DNA from: Lama glama
Lineage: Eukaryota
NCBI GenBank assembly: GCA_028534125.1
Contig: CM052824.1
Coordinates: forward strand, 17,670,001 to 17,734,000
DNA length: 64,000 nt
Reading direction: 5' to 3'
The notes below the pieces were generated by a model, which had not been told where the DNA came from, did not search any database, and saw only the letters and a list, made by a program, of their open reading frames with translations. The position numbers and the translations under genes are program-made. Below are positions 13,096 through 27,934 of the stretch, in pieces. Each line of letters starts with the position of its first letter. Within the stretch, counting starts at the first letter, position 1.

Positions 13096-14364
13096 AGGCC
13101 AGTATTTCGACTTCTGTCTTTTTTCACTTTCTCAGGGGCCCCCTCAGCTGTACAAAGCGATGACAGTGAAGAAGGCCTTGGGAGCAAACGGAAGGCGCAG
13201 CCCCACACCTCTGGTTCCCAGCAATCAGCCCTCGCCCTTACCTAACCACATGAGCAGCAGCTCTGCCTAATCCCAGGTGCACACAGTGAGAGACAGCATT
13301 CTTCCCCTGGGGGCTCGGCTTCTCCTGAGATTAGCCACAGTCCCCAGGAGGCTGTTATCCCAACCCCAGGGAAGGGTGCATCACAGCCAAGACAAAGCGT
13401 ATCGCAGGAAGCCACCACCACACTGGGGAAAGCAAAACGCAGACCGAGTCTGATCACCAGCACTAGACGCTGGGCCAGCTAAATGCATGCACGCCTGCCA
13501 GTCGTCAGCAGGTGACGATGAAGCAACCTCTGCATTTGTTGGAGGTGCCAGGAAGGGCCAGCAGCAAGCACTCGAATGAAGAGTATATCTGGAGCATGTC
13601 CTCAGAGCATCCCCGAGAGCAAGCCCCACCGTACACCCAGCACCTTGCACTATGCCTGGCGCAAGGCAGGTGTTCAGTAGGTTGACCGATGAAGTTACTG
13701 ACTCACTGCCACAGTAGTGGACGCAAAGTGCTCCTCGCCGGAAATGAGAATAGGTACACAGACTCACCAGCAATTACCCAACTTGGGGTAAGTCCCTTCA
13801 GCTCAGTTTTCCCATTCCACAGCCCCAAATAATAGTATTTCTTTCTCCAAATCCCCCAGGATTTAGCCATTCATCCCACAGCACTCTGGGACAAATGCAC
13901 AGAATAATTTTTAAAGGAACAATTATTTAGAGCCTCTTAGTTAAAGGGTAGTGAGCCGCTACAATGCAGGACTGAAGAAAATGGCCATAAAAGTCTAGGT
14001 TTGGGGATTACAGGTACCCTGGTATTACGGAAGGGAGCGGACTGGGAATTCTAGGACTTCAAGTGATTTCTTGAGAAATGTGAGAAACCCTGCCACCAGC
14101 TTCACCTCATAGTTCCTAAATCTTCCAGGAAAATGCCTGCCAATTCAACTGACACTGTGGTTAATTTGCCATCAAAGACATCAGCATGAAATAAAATTTC
14201 AGGGAAAGAACAAAGGAAATAAGTCGCAAACTTCCATTTCTTTCTCATTCACTCTCTTTCCAAGAGGCTAGGAAGGAGAATTGGTGTAGTAGTAACAGTA
14301 ATGACAGTAAAGGAACATTTTCATGATGCTATGCAGTTCGCAGCAAACTTTCACCTGGATTTCT

Positions 14365-14500
14365 CAATATACGTAACAATTCTCCAAGCTTTATTAGCCC
14401 ATTTTACAAATCAGGAAACTGAGGCTCAGAGAGGTTAAACATCTTGCCCAAGTTTGCACAGCAGATGAGGGGCAGGCCAGGCCCGAGCCCAGATTTTTTT
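14365..14500 (-). mobile_element. MIR SINE
   Basis: cccattttacaaatcaggaaactgaggctcagagaggttaa...cttgcccaag. Confidence 0.8.
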
Positions 14501-14802
14501 TTCTCCAAACCATGCATTCTTTCCTCTGTGCTGCCTCATATAAATGAGACGTACTTCCTCCTCCCCAATTCTCAGAATGCTAGACTTGTTGCTGAAGATG
14601 CCTTAGTTTCCTGATCTACGAAATGGGTATGATAATACTAGGGCGTACCTAACAGGGTCATTGTGAGAATTAAGTGAAGCTTGAGTATTGCCTGGCACAC
14701 ACATGTTACTAGTGGTAATAGATGTAACTGCTGTTAGACTGTTCATTGAAAACAGACTCACTTCACGGCTTTTGTACTATGGTCCCCTCCTGAAGGATAT
14801 TC

Positions 14803-14805
<3 letters not shown>

Positions 14806-14833
<28 letters not shown>
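14806..14833. repeat. (CA)n microsatellite
   Basis: Seen directly. Confidence 0.95.
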
Positions 14834-14836
<3 letters not shown>

Positions 14837-14849
14837 CCACAGTGCTCAC

Positions 14850-15120
14850 TCCTCCACTACCTGCCAGTCTGCTCAAGAGACATTGTCATAGTCTTCCTTC
14901 CCTACCCCCCCATACAACAGCACCACCCCACCCCCACACTCACCCCATCACAAGCTCTTTTATTCTGCTTCATTTTTCTTAGCACTCACTCTCACCGGAT
15001 AAAGCATTTATTTCTTTACTTTCAGACTGCTTCCTGAGTAGAGTCTTTGTTTTATTCACAGCTTCACCTCCAGTATCTAAAACAACGCCAGTCACATAAA
15101 TATTCGTTGAGTGAATAAAG
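14850..15120. mobile_element. L2 3' fragment
   Basis: tttgttttattcacagc...ccagtatctaaaacaacgcc...aaatattcgttgagtgaat is typical of an L2 tail. Confidence 0.55.
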
Positions 15121-18100
15121 GAAGCCCTGTGGATTCATTCACTGAGAAATGGAGACAAACTCTTGCGTGCTATCTGACCCTTCAATCTCAGATAAGACTT
15201 TAAAGTTTACAAGATATTTTTATATCCTTCATCTCCTCTAATCTTCCATAATCGTCAGGGAAGGGGTTATAATCCCCACAGCAGAGATGAAGAAACTGAG
15301 ACCCCAGATCTCAGAGCAGAGCAACTTTCTGGAGAGGCAGAGTCCTGGCTTAGCTCCTGAACCCTATTCCCACCTGGCACCTAGATGTGGGGGGTCTTGG
15401 TCTCCCTCTGAGTTGTTCTGGTCCTGGTGGAGCCGCTGAGGTTCCCGGAGAAGAGCTGGCTTACAGAGAGGAGCCTGGGAAATGGTTTTTATCACAGTCA
15501 AGCACCAGATACTACAGACGGCAGATTTTTGTGAACACATTTGTCAAAATAAACCCATCAATTATTATCAATAGTTTAAAAAATGCATTATGGGCCACGG
15601 TTCTAGGGCTTCCCAGACACATGTCTTCCAGGGAAGCTCCCGGGAGACACCTTTCCTGATCCCCTCTCTGCCAATCCAACCCCATGCCTCANNNNNNNNN
15701 NNNNNNNNNNNNNNNNNNNNNNNNNNNNNNNNNNNNNNNNNNNNNNNNNNNNNNNNNNNNNNNNNNNNNNNNNNNNNNNNNNNNNNNNNNNTTCCCTAGG
15801 AAGAAGAACTTTCAGATTGCCTAAAGAAAGGACGGGGAGGGGAGAAGGATGCTCAGGCAGAGAGGAATCACTCACCATCCCTATCCTCGGCTGGCCCTCA
15901 GCCCTGATGGTGCCCTCTCCCCTGTGGCAGAGGACCAGTCTTTTCCACACCTTCTCTCAAGCAGAGTGTACATGAAAGAAGAAAAAGAGGAGGACTGTAA
16001 GGGGGAATTCTTATTTGTTGCCAATTAAGGGCAGAGTGACCTTAATTTATAGCAGCAGAACCCAGAGTTATCACAGATTTTCCATCTTGGGAAAACAGCT
16101 CAGCTCTCAGCTGCCCACTGGTCCCCTGGAAATAGAGCCCACAGCAGGTTTAATTGAGTCCAGATTGACTTTTTACAGGGTTGGATTCCTCATCTCTTGG
16201 AAGAGAAAGCCTTGAGATTTTCAGTTGTTCAAAGATGCATTTTTAAATTGCTAGATACTAAGAGCAAAGCCAACTGGAATGATCCCCGTCCCTAGGAAGC
16301 AAGGACAAAGCTTAGCAAAAGTGAGTCAATTCAATTGGCCACCAGATGCTGTGCTGGCTGTGATCCAGACTTATACCCTGTTTTAAGGAGCATCCAATGA
16401 TCCAGGCAAGGACAGAGGAGATATCACAAAAATAATAATTGCACAAATAAATATCTAATTACAAATCATAATGAAGAATATTTTTAAATACAGGTGTTAT
16501 GAAAGCAAGTAAGTGGAAACTCACTCTAGTCCAGCCAGTCAGGGAAGTGACATTTAGGCCAGAACCAAAGGACTGGGAGTTGATGGGTTGGGGGAAGGAT
16601 GTTCCCACAGGAGGGGACAGCCCATGCAAAAGCCACTATGGACAAAGACGCCAGATGAGGATGAGAGGGAGCTGCAGACTGGAAGGCCAGCCTGAAAATC
16701 CTGTCAGAAGATCCTTGATAATATTTTTGGTGGTGCTCCTACCCGACTCCCCCCACTTTATTTCTTTAGGTCCAAGTCTTTAGATTTTAATTTCCCATTG
16801 CCCCACAGTTGCAAACTTCCTTCTGGACACTATACATCTCTTCCTCTGGTCCTCTTTGTCACATCCATGTGGGCACATTTTCACCTTGACCTTTTGCATT
16901 TTCAGAAAAGCTCAAATGTAATCGGTAAGCCTGGGCAGTGCCCAACCCTGACAGTGGGAAACGCTCAGGTGGCCCTGCTCGTTGGCTTGGACCACTCAGG
17001 ACACTTGCATATTAGAGAAAAACAAATAAATATTGACTCTACATCTCCAGTTCCACCTCCTTCAGAAAACCTTCCCAATAATTCCAAACAATGCATACAT
17101 CTCTCCTCCTAGACCTACAAAACTTACTGTGTGCCCCTTCCTCGTGACACTTAATTACATGAATTTAGCATTCACTCGACACGTATTTGGCGATTTCCTA
17201 TCTAGTAAAATATGCTGGACTGGATGGTTGTTAACTAAGAAAGACCTGGTCCCTGCTCATCAAGAAGTGGCTAGAATGGAAAGCAGCTGGTTATATGACA
17301 CTGGGGAAGTTACTTAACATCTCTGAGCCTCAGTTTTCTCTTGGGAATCAAAGTGTGACCTCTTTTTATAAATACACATGGATTAAAAACACTATCAGAG
17401 GTTATCCTTGAAAAAAAGGATTGTGGTGAATTTTGTTTTCGTGTTACAATTCTGATTTTGTTTTTAATGGACATATATGTCTCATGAGAAAAAGCATTAA
17501 AACTGTTTCCTTTTAGGTTAAAACAAAGCAAAACAAAACAATAGCACTTTATTTCGTTGTGAGAATTAGTGAGGTATGGTGTGTGCACAATCAGGACACA
17601 ATAGCCTCCCCCAAAGCAGAGTCTATGGGCTCCGAGCAGAAAATCTCGGAGAGACAGAGGAGAGACTGGACCACTGTCACACCTCTCAGCAACGCCGGCT
17701 CTGGATGTCAAAGTCGTTCCTACAAGCCCGCTTCCTTCTGGGACAGAGACATGGCTAAGGGCATCTCCCAGGTTCTCCACTCCAGAGGGGCTGCCCCTAA
17801 ATTCCAGGGATGAACTGTCTCGGTGAGGCTGGGGGCAGGGGTTGTGATTGGCAGTCTCCCGTAACCAGGCTGAAGTGTGGACAAAAGCAGTTTCTTTTCC
17901 CATTTGACAAAGGGGCAGAAGGAGGAAGCAAGGGGAGAGGAATTTAATTCAGGGCAATAATTTTGGAAAGACAAAATAAAAAGATTCCACTACAAAATAC
18001 AAAATACAAAACACCAGCCTGTAGTAGATGCTCAATTAATGATGGTGACTATTATTACAAAGATTAACATCGAGGTTTCAGGCTAAATCGAAACAAGTGT

Positions 18101-18741
18101 GACTTAGGAGGCCTGGGTGGGAATACGGGCTGAATGTGAGGGCACTGCGGAAAGGAGCACAGAAGGGTGGATTCCTGAGTGTGGGAGCACTGGGGACTGA
18201 AGACCAAGATTTCAGGGAGGAGAGATGTTGAGAGGAACAGCTTGAGCCAGAGCCGCTGAGGGGGAGGAGCAGGTGCTAAGTACACAGACTTTAGGGGCCG
18301 CATGATGGAGAAAGGGCCCCCAACAAAGGTCAGGACTGCAAAGTTTGATTCAGTGAGTTACTCTCATACCATCTGGGGGTATCAATCTTGTCTCCCGAAA
18401 AAAACAGTAAACTTCCTACAGAAGAGGATCTTGCCATCTAATTCTCCTGCATCCATTTTAGCTGTTGAATAAATATTTAATCAGATGGAATTGCCAGTGA
18501 CTTCTGGGGAGCTTACAAAGGACATGTCACTCGGTGGGTGAAGGAACTGTCCCTCCCAGATTCCTTTTCCCTTCGTTTCTCTACATCAACACTTAAAAGA
18601 CATGGCCACTGGCCTGTTGATTTGATGCCATGAGTCTAGGCAAAGCCACTTTCACCAACATCTTGGACTGATTAAGAAACTTTCTAAACCTGAGTCCTAA
18701 GGCTGAGAGGTGGGAGGGTTGTTTATAAAATGTTTTGACCA

Positions 18742-18745
<4 letters not shown>

Positions 18746-18776
<31 letters not shown>
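18746..18776. repeat. (TA)n microsatellite
   Basis: Seen directly. Confidence 0.95.
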
Positions 18777-18779
<3 letters not shown>

Positions 18780-20699
18780 TTAACCCCTACACAACCATAA
18801 AATCTGACAATTACTTCTTTTTCTGAAAAAATTAAGTTGCAGCCCATGTAAGGGAGCAATGCGTCACTCCCTACACCCAGTGCTTTCATCTTGGGAAGGG
18901 AAACCAATTAGTGCTAGAAGTGTTGGTCTCTCTCTGCCTCTCTATTAACTGCTCCTTGCGGGGGCCTGAGGCACAGTCCGATACAGTGACTTGCTGACAA
19001 TTAGGTAGAAAACACCGGGTACGCTCAGCCCAGTGCCCTCCTTGCTCAGTGGGGAGGAGAGATGCCCTTTACCCGCTGTCCCCTGGGAGGCCCCCACCGC
19101 AGGTTCTGACTCTCTGAAGATTATCTGGCCACAGGCAAAGCACTTGATTCCTTGACTTAGGGACACTGGATGTGAGTGGACAGAGTGTGCTGTGAGCAGC
19201 ACAGAGAAAGAGGGTAACTCACCAGCAGATTAAGAACATTATCAACAATTGTTGTTGTCAGCAATCTACACAGCTAATATCAAACAGACAATACTTTGTG
19301 ACTGAGAGTTCCCATACAACACACAGCAATTCTCTAAAGGGAGGAGGTAAACAGCTGCCAGGGAACTAAGCATGACTCTCTTAAGGCTCGCTTTTCAGAG
19401 AAGCCCATACGGAGAAGGGCTAACTTTCCGCACACTGAACATTCAGGTGGGGAAAAGAAAAACAACCAACACTCTGTAGGGCATGTGAAAATTATGCAAA
19501 AACTATGACATACCCACATCAGAGTGAAATCCAAGAGGTGAGGATCTAATCTCTCTTGTGGAGAAAAAGTAGAATAAGTTGCTTTGATGGTGGTTTAAAC
19601 CCATCAGGAAATGGTGTCAATTTCCCAGAATGAACAGACAGGAAACTTTCCAGGACATCTAGGATTTCAAGCAGTAGGATCTGTTCTTATCTTACGATGT
19701 TTAACCTTCACAAAGCTTAAGAAAGTCCTTGTCCTTGAGAATTATTAATATAATTGTAAACTAAAAGTTCTAAGCACTAGGAAGGCCTGTGCCAGAGATG
19801 ATTATATTATAAAAGAAAGGTTCTGAGATTTAGAAGTTTTGCTGTATCAAATCCTGGGAAAATCTCAAAGGAGGAGATACACTCTTGCTGCTCTCCATTT
19901 AATTCCCAGGAGCAGCTGTGAGCATAGACAGACCACCACCCAGGCAGTGAACCAGCACTTCCCATGATCCTCCCCACCCTGTCCAGGTCGGCACCATTAT
20001 GCTTCCCATTTTACAGATTAAGAAGGTGAGTCTCAGGAAGGCCAAGTAATCTGCTGACCTGGACAGGGTTTCACAGCAAGACTTTCAGATGTCAAAGCCC
20101 TTCTACCGATGGCTCTCCCATGGGCTGCAATCACCAACCACCTAGGGAACTCCTTGCTTTTAAGTTACTTCTCTCAGTCTATTTGCAAGTGAACTTTCTT
20201 AGGTTACAGGACCTCTAGGCTCCAGGCCCCATCTACAAATGCCTCACAAATATTTCCAAAAACAATATTTGATTTGAGGAGAATCAGGCAAATTCATTTG
20301 CTAGTGAAACTGCAGTGAAAATAGACATAAATCAGTCACGTAGAGTCATGAATTCTGAACAGTCTTTTAGAGCAGAAAGCACAAAGGGCCTGAAGTCAAA
20401 GACGCTGGGTTTCACACAGGCTCCACCGGCTACAGTGACTGAAGGTGAGCCGCCAACCTCTCAGGCCTAATTTTAAAAGGGAGAGAGAAAGAGAGAAATA
20501 AAGAAATCCTGTTTCATTGGATTATTTGGGAAACTAATGGTAATTTTATACATGAAATAACTTTGTAAGCTGCAAAGCCCTATACAAGTGGAGGATTTAA
20601 TTATAATTATTTTGACTCAGCTATTTGGCTGGGATCTTACAGGGAATCTGAATCATCAGATAGAGGTTTTTTAAAAAATGAGATGTAAAATAGCATAAT

Positions 20700-20915
20700 A
20701 ATCAAGAACAAAGCCCTAACCTCAGGATAACGAGGTTCAAACTCTTGCTGTGTGATCTTGAGCAGGTTACTTACCTTCTCTGTACCTCAGTTTTCTTATC
20801 CGGAAAATGGGGACAATAATTAGTGCCTACCTCATAAGGTGGCCCTGAAGACTATGCAAGTTAAAATACTTAAAGAACTTAAAATGGTTCTTGGAACACA
20901 GGATGCTTGACCAGT
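20700..20915 (+). mobile_element. MIR SINE
   Basis: gctgtgtgatcttgagcaggttacttaccttctctgtacctcagttttcttatc...cctacctcataagg. Confidence 0.8.
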
Positions 20916-22178
20916 ATTACTATACTATCATGATTTTCACTGAACAGGCAAAAGGTGGACTGGGATGTAGCAGCCGGCACTTCAAAACAAAACCACTGCA
21001 GCAGAGGGAAAAAAGCAGACTATAGCTCTGAAATGTACTGTATTTTGAACTCTCTGGGGGACTCTTTCGGAGAGAAAAGTAAGTCATCAGACTCCCAGTA
21101 AAACCGTGCTTCTTCCCCCCTCCCCTGCTCCCTTCCTCACCCATCCTATGCAGAAAACCTAACAGCCCCAAAGTCCTCTTTCTTCTTCATCACTCTCCCA
21201 TCCCCAAAGATCAGCTTCAGCCCAGGTGAAGGCCTAACGGAAGACCCCAGGACAGTCTGGGCAAGTCCCTGGAGACCAGGGCAGCTGCAGAATGTCAGCC
21301 TCTCCCCTCTCTCCATTTCAATCCTTCCCCTCCTTCATGGCTTCCACAATATCCCACTCCTCCCAAAAGACTGCTCCCTTCGGCACTATGCATCTGTAAT
21401 TGCCAACTCTGCTCTCACTGGCTGCATAATTATTTCACAAGTGCCAATTTTATTGCCCCTAAAAGGTAAATTCCCCAAGAGCTAGTCATATTCTTCTAGA
21501 TTCCCCATAGAGCTTAGGAAGGGGCTACAGACACTGACCATGTGCCATAAATAATTTAGTAAGGGGTTTAGTTCCCTGGAAGGAGCCCAGACTCCCTGCA
21601 AAGTGTCAGATGCAAACTCGGTCTGAGCCTCGACTCCTCCTCCCCAAGCCCATGGCAGATTCTGCTATCAGATCACAGCATATGATCACAGGCTTTCTCC
21701 CAGAGACCCTGGAAGAAACCTCAGAATCCTTTTCATCACTGCACTGCAGGCAGCCAATACAGACTAACTGGAAAGATGAACCCTTTTTTGCCATCTCTGC
21801 TTCCTAGGTACTTCCTTAACTAAGTCTCTGTAACACTGGGACTTAACCACTATTATTATAACTACCACACTCTACTGTACAGAGTTGTTCACTTGTCTGC
21901 CTCCACTAGGCCAGGGGCTTTCAAACTTTTGATCATGGGAGCCCAAAAACAACCTAAATCAGCATGTACCAAACTGAAGCTAAAGTTTCCCAAAACAATA
22001 CTGATTAGTGTAATGCACTGTGATATTTCCTATTATAGTCTGTCTAAAAATACTGATTCAGATCCACAGAATTCATCTCATGGTGCACTATGGTTTACAA
22101 CTATATCTATGTGATATAGATACAGATAGATAAATAGAAAGATAGGTAGGTAGATGATATAGTATGTTAGTTACATAA

Positions 22179-22581
22179 TGTTAGTTAAGGTAACATTAGC
22201 AGCTATAACTGATAAACCCCAAAATCTCAGTCTTTACTACAATCAAAGTCTGTTTCTTGTTCACATAAAACCTAAACCAGTGTAGACTGGGAGGTGGCTT
22301 CCACTGGGCAGTCATTCAGGGTGGGTTCCAGGCTGTTTCTTGTGGTACCTTTAACACATGACTTCTAGAGTTACCACGTTCGGGATCATAGCAATCCCGC
22401 CTGGGAAGTTTTTTATGGGTCAAGTGTACAAGTGACACTCATTGTTTTCAATCTCATTCCATTGGCTAGTATTTAGTCACATGGCCTCACTTAACTGCAA
22501 GGGACCTAGGAAATGTAGCCTAGCCATGTGCCCGGGAAAAGATGGAAACCGATCTGATGATCAGCTAGCAGTCTCTACCAC
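22179..22581 (-). mobile_element. MaLR solo LTR (MLT1J/K-like)
   Basis: tgttagttaagg...aaaccccaaaatctcagt...agtcacatggcc...aactgcaaggga...ctaggaaatgtag...ctctaccaca. Confidence 0.75.
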
Positions 22582-23254
22582 AGACCTGCCACTTACAAAA
22601 CCCTCCAAGGGAAGCACTTAGCCTTACTCACATTTGTATCTCCAGGAACATTTGGCTTATAGGAAATGTATGACCACAGGATGAATGGGGAACATGATAG
22701 ATCCTGGCTAGAGTTCCAGAAGTATTAGGGTTTATGATTAGGTTTCATAATTCTCTCCAAACTGACACCTGTGCAAAGCCTAAAGCAAAGCTGAATCCAA
22801 AAATCTGCATTAGGGCAGGTGGAAGATACCAGAAAAACTGCTTGGTGTCTCCCCTTCTATGTGGAAGCTACACAGACACTCTTCCAACACCCCCATGCCT
22901 GTCACGGAGCACAGCAGAACAATTAAGAGCACACAGACTTTTGAGGCGGATAAATCCTGGCTGGGCCCCTCCCTGGCTACAGAACCACAGCTGAGCGTTC
23001 ACTATGTGAGAGGCATGATGCCACGCATCTTCTAGGCAGTATCTCATTGCATCCTCACAAGAAGCCTCTGAAGGACACTGATTTCTCCCTTGGACCTTCC
23101 CACTGTCTGAGAGAAATCAATGGCTTCTACCCCTGTGTTCCCAAAGCACTTTCCAAATTCACAACCCTTTAATTCACTTGTGGGAGAGCCGTTTTGGCAT
23201 GTGGAGGTACCTGTCCGTTCATCTTATCTCTCCAATTGCACTTCAAGGATAGTG

Positions 23255-23465
23255 GAAATAGCATACACTTGAGAGTCAAAATACCTAGGTTCAAATGCCG
23301 AACCAAACTTAATAGTTGTTTGAGGTTAGCGAAGATACTTATTTCTTCTGAGCCTCGATTTTCTTATCTGTAAAATGGGGTCAGAAGTCCAACATCAAAG
23401 GGATGCTGGGACACATAAACCTTATATCCATAAAGAATTATGCCTGGCACATAGTAGGTTCTTTA
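23255..23465 (+). mobile_element. MIR SINE
   Basis: ctgagcctcgattttcttatctgtaaaatgggg...tgcctggcacatagtagg. Confidence 0.7.
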
Positions 23466-24194
23466 AAAAGTAATGCTGTCCCTCCTCCGCCTCTCCTTGA
23501 GGGCAGCGATAATGTTTTATTCCTGGACATTAACATCATATCTTGCACATAATAAATATATAATAAGTGTATGTTGAAGTGTATTGAATGACAAGCTTTT
23601 CTGTTGCACAATAAAAACAAAACACACAAACCTATCTTGATCCTTAGAAGCTCTTTTTTTATCTCTCCTTCCTCTTCCCACATACTTCATTACTCTTCTC
23701 TCTTTGGGTAACATGAACTTTTTTTTTGTACTCAGAAATTTTAAATGGCTAACAGAGCACCTCAGGATTCTTTCCTCCGGCCATTATCCTTCTCTTTCAA
23801 GTTGTGCTCAGCAAGATTATTTGGCTATTGGAGCTAAAAACGGTCAGATTACAAGTTGGAGGTCTCTGAAATGTAGCATTCCCCATTGCAGGATTCTGGA
23901 ATTACACCAAACACCAGGGAGGGGTTGCTCTTCCCCAAAGAGCTCACTGTTCTGAAAAAGCCTTTGTTTTAAGGCTTTGCAAAACCGCCCTGCGGAATCT
24001 CCTCCATCCCAGGTCCCCAGCACTGGTCTAGAACTGCTCACAGAGTATCTATACGCTCCCTGTAAAACAGAACACTCAAGAGGCCTACCATCTTGTAAAA
24101 ATTGCTGCTGTCCAAGTCTTGGTTTGTATTTCACAGTATAATGAGCACTGTTTTGGAGCACTTGTTCTGATGTCTCTAGCAAGCCCCTGATAAT

Positions 24195-24430
24195 GAGAAC
24201 AGCTGACACACTGTGTGGTTCCTGGGTCTGTGGCGTTATGTTAGGCACCTTCTGTCAATTATCTCCTCCAATTCTCACCAAAACCCTGAGTCAGATATTA
24301 CTATTATCCCTATTTTGCAGAGAAAGAAACTGAACCTCAGGAGGTCAAAGAACTTTGCCCAAGGTCACACAGGCAGCAAGCAGCAAAGCCTCAATTCAAA
24401 CCCTAGTCTATCAGATTCAAATCCCATTCC
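24195..24430 (-). mobile_element. MIR SINE
   Basis: attatccctattttgcagagaaagaaactgaacctcag...tttgcccaaggtcacacag. Confidence 0.8.
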
Positions 24431-25914
24431 ATTTCTGTTACTCCACACTGCCTCTTTAAATGGCCATAAAAGAAGGTCCTTTCTGTATAGAAATACTTGA
24501 GAAAATAAACAGTTTGGACTGGTCAATCTTTAGGTCCCTTCCTCCTCTTAAAAAAAACATCTATGGTTCTAATGAAGAGAAGAAAGAAAAAAGGAAATGT
24601 AAGGAGACCAAACATTATGAGGCTTGGCTTATCAGTATTTAATAACAGCTTTTGGATCAAAACTCTACAGAACCTTATTTATGGACAGACAGTTACTGTT
24701 AAGCAGAACCTCTTTATACAACCTTTTCATCTGAGGATATTGTAGCCTTCTACTGCCTTTCTATTAGTGAGAGATGGGGTGTGAAATTTGCTGGCCCTGC
24801 CAACATTATCCCATTAAATTATCTGCCCTCTTCCAGTGCAATTCACTCAGAGGCAACAGTTTGAGACTCAGGCCCTGTGAGTGTCTGTGCCTAGGCGTTC
24901 GGAGCGGGGAGGTGTGAAGGAAAAAGTTCAGGTGGTGGTAGCATCCCAATGACATAANNNNNNNNNNNNNNNNNNNNNNNNNNNNNNNNNNNNNNNNNNN
25001 NNNNNNNNNNNNNNNNNNNNNNNNNNNNNNNNNNNNNNNNNNNNNNNNNNNNNNNNNNNNNNNNNNNNNNNNNNNNNNNNNNNNNNNNNNNNNNNNNNNN
25101 NNNNNNNNNNNNNNNNNNNNNNNNNNNNNNNNNNNNNNNNNNNNNNNNNNNNNNNNNNNNNNNNNNNNNNNNNNNNNNNNNNNNNCACCAAACCCCACCA
25201 CCCCATAACAGCCCCCCTCCCCTTCAACTCCAAAGAACTCTCTCAGACTCTCTCAGACTACTCCCCTTTTCTCTTGTCTGTCGACAGAACAGTCTCTCCT
25301 GGCACACAGTGGGGAATAGGTGAGGCCAGGCTGAGGCTCTCCTGTTGGAGAAAGAGGCCTAGGAGACTTGAGTGTTTCCCAGCTGGGGCTGGATTTGCCA
25401 GGGTCTGACCCACATGGGGAACTTGGAGCTGGCAAGCCAGCTCTCCCACTAGAGAGCACTCTAATAAATCACCCCTATTCCCTGAGTTGTACAACAAGAT
25501 GCAAATACAAAGGCACTTCATCAAAGTACATCTCATCGCTGGTTGGGAGGAATTGCCAGACATGCTCCTCAAACCACATCTGAGTTACAGTTCATTACAA
25601 CAACATCATTCCTCCTGATCAGAGGTGCAGACCATCCAAGGCCTTTCCAGTCCATCTCTGAGTTACAGTGAGTCTGGCTCAGGGAACTCCAGCGCAGGAA
25701 GGAATATTGAAATTGGCTGTCTCCAGTCATTTCTTATAACCCTTATAATGGTTGAGAAATCATCCCTTTGCTGCTCTTGGAAAACACAGGGATATAACAC
25801 CTTTGGCCCCAATATAACATAAAGGGTGTAAATTTTAAGACAAACCGGGAGAGACTGTCGAGGGCAGCAGTCAGATGAGAGCATGAACTTTTATGGTTTG
25901 TAAGCCCTACAATG

Positions 25915-26092
25915 CCATTTCCTGGCTGTGTGACCTTAAGAAAGTAGCTTAACCTCTCTGTGCCTAAATTAAAATGAGCTAATTATGCCATCTCCCTCAT
26001 GGGGTTGTTGTGAGGATTCAGTGAGTTGATACTTGCAAAATGCTTAGAGTAGTAACTGGCCTGTTGTAAACGTTATGCAAGTGTTTGTTAAA
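25915..26092 (+). mobile_element. MIR SINE
   Basis: gctgtgtgaccttaag...cttaacctctctgtgcct...ggttgttgtgaggatt. Confidence 0.8.
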
Positions 26093-27934
26093 TACATTGT
26101 ACAAACAGAGGCATCAGACATCTCAGAATGCTTGGGTTCAGAGAAGTACATTCTTAGTTGAGGTCAAAGGATTTGGCACCATTCTTTAGCATCTCTCAGG
26201 CCCTGTAACAGTCCAGCTGGTGGGAGGGGAAATGGAAAGTGAGGAGAGAGAGAGGCCCCATGGACTGTGTAGATCTGGGTAAAGGCCCAGGACCACTCCA
26301 CCCCTGGCAACCCAGCAGGGAAGGCAACTCATTGCCCTGGGCCTCAAACACTCCAGATCAATGGTTCCTATCTTCTGGGGATTGCAGTTTTCTTTAAAAA
26401 TCAGATGATAACCAGAAACATACAACCCTAAAAATGTACATAAAATTTTGTGTATTATTTCTGGAGGGTTGAACGGCCTAATTTCAGATACCCCAAGTTA
26501 AGACCCTCTAGGCTGGATCTCTTCTCCAATACTTGCTATCCATGGTTTCACTCAATGCATATAACACTCAGCTAAGGCTCAGAAAAACTAATCGCCATAC
26601 CCAGTGTGTGGAAGAGAAACGATTTGAACCTACGTCAGTTAATTCCAACACCCGTGCTCGTAACCTTTAGGTTCTACTACACTCCCTTCATACTGGAAGA
26701 TGAGACAAAGGGAAAATCCTTGAAAACAAGCAATGTTACATTTTTACTAGGAAAAGCAAGTATCATCACACTTTTACCTACAACCAAAAAAGTTACTCTC
26801 CATTCATTCAATAAAAATCTATGGACCACTTACTATATATGCCTAAACATATGCCATTTATATGCAGATATACATGTACATCAACATACATATAGTATAT
26901 ACAAAGCAATCCATTCTCCATAGGATGCTGGGTAAAATTTTCAAAAATATTTGAGATACGGTATGTGGTCCCCTTCAAACCATATCCAAACTGGACACTA
27001 ATGGATGCAAGTGACATACCATTTAGAAACTTTCAAGTCTAATCTGAGGCCTATGTTCACCATGCAGGAGATGGAGAGAGGAAAATATAGACCAAAGTTG
27101 AGTTTTGAAGGACTCCTAACTAAATACCAGAAAGATAATCCCAGATAATGTCAGAGTAGCAAAATAGCCACCAGGTATACTGACTCAATATTGGAAATTA
27201 AATATTCCCAACACATTGCCAGAGGCAGTTGGACCACACCCTTTGTCTCCTGGGCCTCTGTATGGCTCCCCCTAGGGAGGATTTTCAGACGTTCCTATAA
27301 AGGTGGGGCTGGATGACTTGGTCCCCAGTGTTTTCACCAGGAAAGCTAGCAGTCTTATTGTCCTCAAGAGTCTCTAACTCTAGAAGTAGACAGGACCTAT
27401 TAAAATGGCATTGGAAAGTTTACAAAATGACAGCAAACAGTAGCAGGTCACCTCCCTCTGACTCCAAGCAGCCAAGCCACAAAATCTACAGGAGTCTGAG
27501 AAAAGCCTAGGTGGGTTCCAAAGGCCCTGAGCTCTGGGTACAGTTATAAAGGCTTCAGGTTCGGGATGGTAAGAGGTAGATGGGGAGATTGACACTGAAC
27601 AGACCAGTAAAGTAAATGTAAAGGTTTGTTCCTCCTGGCTAACAAAACAGAAGAGTGATGGGAGAAATGCTGAGCATTTGTTTTAAATAAATAAATGAAA
27701 CATATCACCCCTTAGACTGATCTCCTGAGCCATTGGCTGAGTTACCTGAAGGATGTTAGATCAGGCAAGAAGGTAAATCTGAGTTGCACTAGAAGCCTTG
27801 TCCCCAGAGAAAGGATCAAGCATTCACAGAAATGGAAAAGGATTTATTAGACAATAAATAAGACAGTAATAACAGATTTTAGCTCATTATTGAAGAGATC
27901 AGAATAAGCACTACTCTTTAAAAAAAAGTTGTCA

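Noticed and set aside
17310-17903. 197-aa minus-strand ORF in intron 1
   Set aside because: No similarity to ROR1 or any protein I recognise; heterogeneous composition, ends in MIR sequence, no clear splice signals.
25237-25259. 10-bp tandem duplication actctctcag x2
   Set aside because: Ordinary slippage-scale event with no further structure.
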